From NCBI RefSeq assembly GCF_020885515.1, contig NZ_AP024987.1:780001-812000 (forward strand): DNA of 32,000 bases. The letters run 5' to 3'. The notes beneath the pieces were generated by a model, which was given only the letters and a program-made list of their open reading frames with translations, searched no databases and was not told the DNA's origin. The DNA is from a cyanobacterium endosymbiont of Braarudosphaera bigelowii. GTDB lineage: Bacteria > Cyanobacteriota > Cyanobacteriia > Cyanobacteriales > Microcystaceae. A program made the position numbers and the translations under genes. Below, piece by piece: positions 28,809 through 32,000 of the stretch. Positions within the stretch are counted from its first letter, which is position 1. Every line of letters begins with the position of its first letter.

Positions 28809-29663
28809 ATGTCATCTTCTTTTCGTATAAGTACAACTAAAAGATTAATGTACTCAGGTATAGCAATAACGCTTTTTTGGTTATTTGTTGCATTATTTGC
28901 ACCATTGTTCCAAGCAATGGGTATTTTACAAGATCCAACAGATTTGTTAAATAATATTCCTAGAGAATCTCCTAGTATTAATCATTTATTCGGTACTGAT
29001 ATTAGAGGTTATGATGTATTATCAAGAACTTTAGTCGGTTCACAAGCTGCATTAAAAGTTGTATTTCTTTCAACTGTTTTTTCCTTAATGATAGGAGTAC
29101 CATCTGGATTAATTAGTGGATATTTAGGAGGAAACCTGGATAAATTCCTTATGTTTCTTATGGATACTATTTATACTATTCCTGGGCTGTTATTATCTGT
29201 TACTTTATCTTTCATTTTAGGAAAAGGTATAATAAATATTGCAATTGCAGTAAGTATTTCTTATATTCCTCAATATTACCGTATCATACGTAACCATACG
29301 AATAGTATTAAAAATCAGCTATTTATTGAAGCAGCACAAGCTATGGGAGCTCCTCCAAAAACTATTCTATACCGCTATCTATTCTTAAATGTTATCCAAA
29401 ATGTTCCAGTAATATTTACTTTAAATGCTGCGGATGCCATCTTAGTATTAGGAGGGTTAGGATTTTTAGGTTTAGGATTACCTGAAGAAGTATCAGAATG
29501 GGGACATGACTTAAAGGAAGCACTACCAAGTTTATCTACAGGAATATGGTGGACAACTCTATTTCCAGGCCTTGCTATGACATCGATGGTAGTAGGACTA
29601 TCACTTATAGGCGAAGGAATTAGTGAAATATTTATCCCTTCTTCACAGAATAAAAATAAATGA
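28809..29663 (+). CDS. ABC transporter permease, DppC/OppC (peptide/nickel) type
   Basis: 284 aa with 6 TM segments. It has an N-terminal anchor, GTD.RGYDVLSR, and an EAA-like loop (EAAQAMGAPPKTILYRYLFLNV). No cognate ATPase, second permease or binding protein lies in the window. Confidence 0.85.
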   Translation: MSSSFRISTTKRLMYSGIAITLFWLFVALFAPLFQAMGILQDPTDLLNNIPRESPSINHLFGTDIRGYDVLSRTLVGSQAALKVVFLSTVFSLMIGVPSGLISGYLGGNLDKFLMFLMDTIYTIPGLLLSVTLSFILGKGIINIAIAVSISYIPQYYRIIRNHTNSIKNQLFIEAAQAMGAPPKTILYRYLFLNVIQNVPVIFTLNAADAILVLGGLGFLGLGLPEEVSEWGHDLKEALPSLSTGIWWTTLFPGLAMTSMVVGLSLIGEGISEIFIPSSQNKNK

Positions 29664-30643
29664 GAGTTAAAGATATTGGAGAACAGAAACTTCTAGAGAA
29701 AATAAAATCATTCTGTCCTAAAAGTCTTATTGGTGATGATGGAGCGGTTCTATCTATAGATCCTTTACAAAAAATAGTAGTTACGACTGATATCCTTGTT
29801 GACAGAGTTCATTTTAGTGATACAACAACTCCCCCTAGCGCGGTTGGGTGGCGTTCTATATCTGCAAACCTATCAGATTTAGCTGCCATGGGAGCTACTC
29901 CAGTTGCTATTACTATAGGGTTAGCGATACCTAAAGAATTACCAGTTGAATGGATAGAGTCCTTATATAGTGGAATAAATATATTATTGAATAAATATAA
30001 TATACCTATAATTGGAGGAGATGTTTGCTATTCTCCTACTAAGATAATTAGTATAACTGCTATAGGAAAGGTATATCCTAATCATGTTATTAAGCGCTCT
30101 ATCGCTAAACCAAATCAAGTAATTCTTGTTACAGGCCATCATGGAATGTCAAAAGCGGGGCTAGAATTGCTATCAAATTCTCATTTGAAAAAATATTTAG
30201 AGAAAGAAATACAACTTAAATTTATTAATGCTCATCAATATCCTGAACCTCGTTTAGATGTTTTACCTTATCTTAAAGATATTATGAAAACTCACAAAGT
30301 AGCAGGAATGGATAGTAGTGATGGGTTGGCAGATGCAATTATTCAAATATGTGAAATGAGTGGTGTTGGTGCAGAAATAGAACAGTCTAAAATTCCTATG
30401 ATAGATAAATTATCTAAATACATATCTAGAGAAGAAGCTTTAGAATGGGTTTTGTACGGGGGAGAAGATTTCGAATTAGTACTATGTTTACCTGAAGAAA
30501 TAGCTTTCAAATTACTTCATAAATTAGGAAAAGACGCTCATATCATTGGTAGAATAATTAAGGAAAAATCTATTACTTTACTTAAAGAAAATTCAGAGTG
30601 CTTGTTTCTAAAAACTTCTGGAGGATTCCAACATTTTTCTTAG
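29660..30643 (+). CDS. thiL: Thiamine-monophosphate kinase
   Basis: 327 aa with the N-terminal IGEQKLL...IGDDGAVL, then DLAAMGA, GGD and DSSDGLADA motifs. Its ATG overlaps the permease stop codon (ATGA, 4-nt overlap). Confidence 0.92.
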   Translation: MRVKDIGEQKLLEKIKSFCPKSLIGDDGAVLSIDPLQKIVVTTDILVDRVHFSDTTTPPSAVGWRSISANLSDLAAMGATPVAITIGLAIPKELPVEWIESLYSGINILLNKYNIPIIGGDVCYSPTKIISITAIGKVYPNHVIKRSIAKPNQVILVTGHHGMSKAGLELLSNSHLKKYLEKEIQLKFINAHQYPEPRLDVLPYLKDIMKTHKVAGMDSSDGLADAIIQICEMSGVGAEIEQSKIPMIDKLSKYISREEALEWVLYGGEDFELVLCLPEEIAFKLLHKLGKDAHIIGRIIKEKSITLLKENSECLFLKTSGGFQHFS

Positions 30644-30711
30644 TTATAAAACTTCCATATCGAAAAACTTAAAAGGTAAGGACAACAGAGAACTATATTG
30701 CCATTAAGAAT

Positions 30712-31014
30712 ATGAAAAATATCCCATTCTATACAATCGTAACGATTAATTTAATACTAAAAAATATGGAGATACAGGTAGGATTAGCGTTACCTCCTCC
30801 ACAAGACATTCCTGAAGAAATACTACGTCATGAAGTAATTACAGAGGGACGTTCTGAATTAACTGGAGAAGTTCTAAATTCTTTAGAATATGCCGAGATG
30901 CAAGAAAAGTTATCTAGAAGTTCTTATCATCCTGAAGTAAATACAAAACTAAAACATCTTGTATTTTTATTAAAAATTAGAAAGATGTTAAAAACTATTA
31001 TACCTATTTTATAA
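30712..31014 (+). CDS. Conserved hypothetical small protein
   Basis: 100-aa ORF; an alternative Met is at 30766. The core LPPPQDIPEEILRHEVITEGRSELTGEVLNSLEYAEMQ resembles a small cyanobacterial protein family I remember only vaguely. No function is assignable. Confidence 0.5.
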   Translation: MKNIPFYTIVTINLILKNMEIQVGLALPPPQDIPEEILRHEVITEGRSELTGEVLNSLEYAEMQEKLSRSSYHPEVNTKLKHLVFLLKIRKMLKTIIPIL

Positions 31015-31105
31015 AAGATTTATTAGGACAATTATTTAAAAGTAGGCAGTTCTTTACTATAAATTTTATATAAAAAAATTATTTAAGGTAATCATAAAAG
31101 ATTAG

Positions 31106-32000
31106 TTATAGATTTGCATCAGCGTTTCTCCGCCAAGCCTTTGCTTTTATCCTTTTCAATGAAGAAGATGAAAATTTTTGCTGCCATTGTATCTCTGTAA
31201 GATTTGATATTTCTTCTAAATGAAGTGATATATTTCCAGGATAAGGATAAAAATCCTGAATGTTTGTCTCTTGAGAAAAGCGTTGATTCCAAGGACAGAC
31301 ATCTTGACAAAGATCACATCCGGCAACCCATCCATTTAGATTGTTTACTATATATTCAGGAAGATTTTCTGATTTATTTTCAATAGTATGGTAAGCAATA
31401 CAACGTCTAGAATCTACTACAAATGGACTAACAATAGCTTTCGTAGGACATATATCTATACATCGTCTACATGCACCACAATGTTTAACATGAGGAGTAT
31501 CACTAATTAAACTTAAGTTAGTTAGAACTACTCCTAAAAACACCCAACTACCAAATTCTTTAGTAATAATATTTCCGTTTTTGGCGATCCAGCCAATCCC
31601 TGAACGCTCTGCCCAAACTTTTTCTTGTATAGGTCCTGTATCAACGTAACAAACAGTCTTTATATTTTTCTTAGTTAACCATTTGCAGAAAAGCTTTAGC
31701 TTCTGCTTTAACACTTTATGATAATCTTTGCCCCAAGCATAACGAGAAACCTTACCATAATTTATATTATTTGAGTGCTTATGAGGAGTATAGTAATTTA
31801 AAGCAACAGTGATAACTGATCTGATATCTGGCATGCATTGAGTAATGTCAAAACGTTTAGGATTATTCATCCATGCCATATCTGCTTGATATCCTAAGGA
31901 TAGCCAATTTTGTAAATTATAAATAGCATTATCTTCATAAATTATATGAGGATTGGCGATACCTATTTTGTCAAATCCTATATCAAAAGCTTTATTCTTA
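31106..32000 (-). CDS. queG: Epoxyqueuosine reductase, 5'-partial (continues beyond window end)
   Basis: The reading frame stays open upstream of the track's Met at 31879 through to base 32000 (...KNKAFDIGFDKIGIANPHIIYED...GYQADMAWM...). Two 4Fe-4S motifs are present: CGACRRCIDICP and CDLCQDVCPWN. Confidence 0.92.
   Translation of the reverse strand, partial: KNKAFDIGFDKIGIANPHIIYEDNAIYNLQNWLSLGYQADMAWMNNPKRFDITQCMPDIRSVITVALNYYTPHKHSNNINYGKVSRYAWGKDYHKVLKQKLKLFCKWLTKKNIKTVCYVDTGPIQEKVWAERSGIGWIAKNGNIITKEFGSWVFLGVVLTNLSLISDTPHVKHCGACRRCIDICPTKAIVSPFVVDSRRCIAYHTIENKSENLPEYIVNNLNGWVAGCDLCQDVCPWNQRFSQETNIQDFYPYPGNISLHLEEISNLTEIQWQQKFSSSSLKRIKAKAWRRNADANL

Noticed and set aside
1-32000. tRNA, rRNA, tmRNA, RNase P or SRP RNA genes.
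   Set aside because: I scanned the spacers for T-loop-like GGTTCGAAT/GTTCAAAT cores and for GC-rich structured blocks. None were found except the unexplained island at 4686-4772, which lacks tRNA or SRP hallmarks.

Overview
This is a very AT-rich window (about 30% GC by eye). About three quarters of it is occupied by ordinary cyanobacterial housekeeping genes. Left to right these are: pgi (5' end off-window), lpxC, an Omp85/BamA protein, a NagB/Pgl-family enzyme, an MFS transporter, ExoD, ddl, the C-terminal half of a split-intein dnaE, a THUMP RNA methyltransferase, a GT4 glycosyltransferase, a polyprenyl-phosphate sugar transferase, queA, uvrA, cmk, class II fba, a CobT-like UPF0284 protein, ssb, ppa, ndhM, a DppC/OppC-type ABC permease, thiL, a small conserved hypothetical, and queG (5' end off-window). 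I found no tRNA or rRNA genes, CRISPR arrays, transposases, integrases, phage genes, defence genes or secondary-metabolite genes. The unusual content is degenerative. There are two clear multi-lesion pseudogenes: a family-2 glycosyltransferase at about 13280-14175 and a GldA/iron-alcohol-dehydrogenase-like gene at about 25491-26539. There are also several 0.5-1.3 kb gene-free, almost pure A/T spacers. Gene content (ndhM, the split DnaE intein, the Omp85-lpxC pairing, a single HIP1 octamer) together with this erosion fits a genome-reduced unicellular cyanobacterium, for example a UCYN-A-like or diatom spheroid-body-like endosymbiont. That taxonomic placement is inference only. I do not see a convincing novel multi-gene system here. 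The findings below are modest leads, not discoveries. All protein calls rest on recognising family motifs in the supplied translations; no database search was possible.
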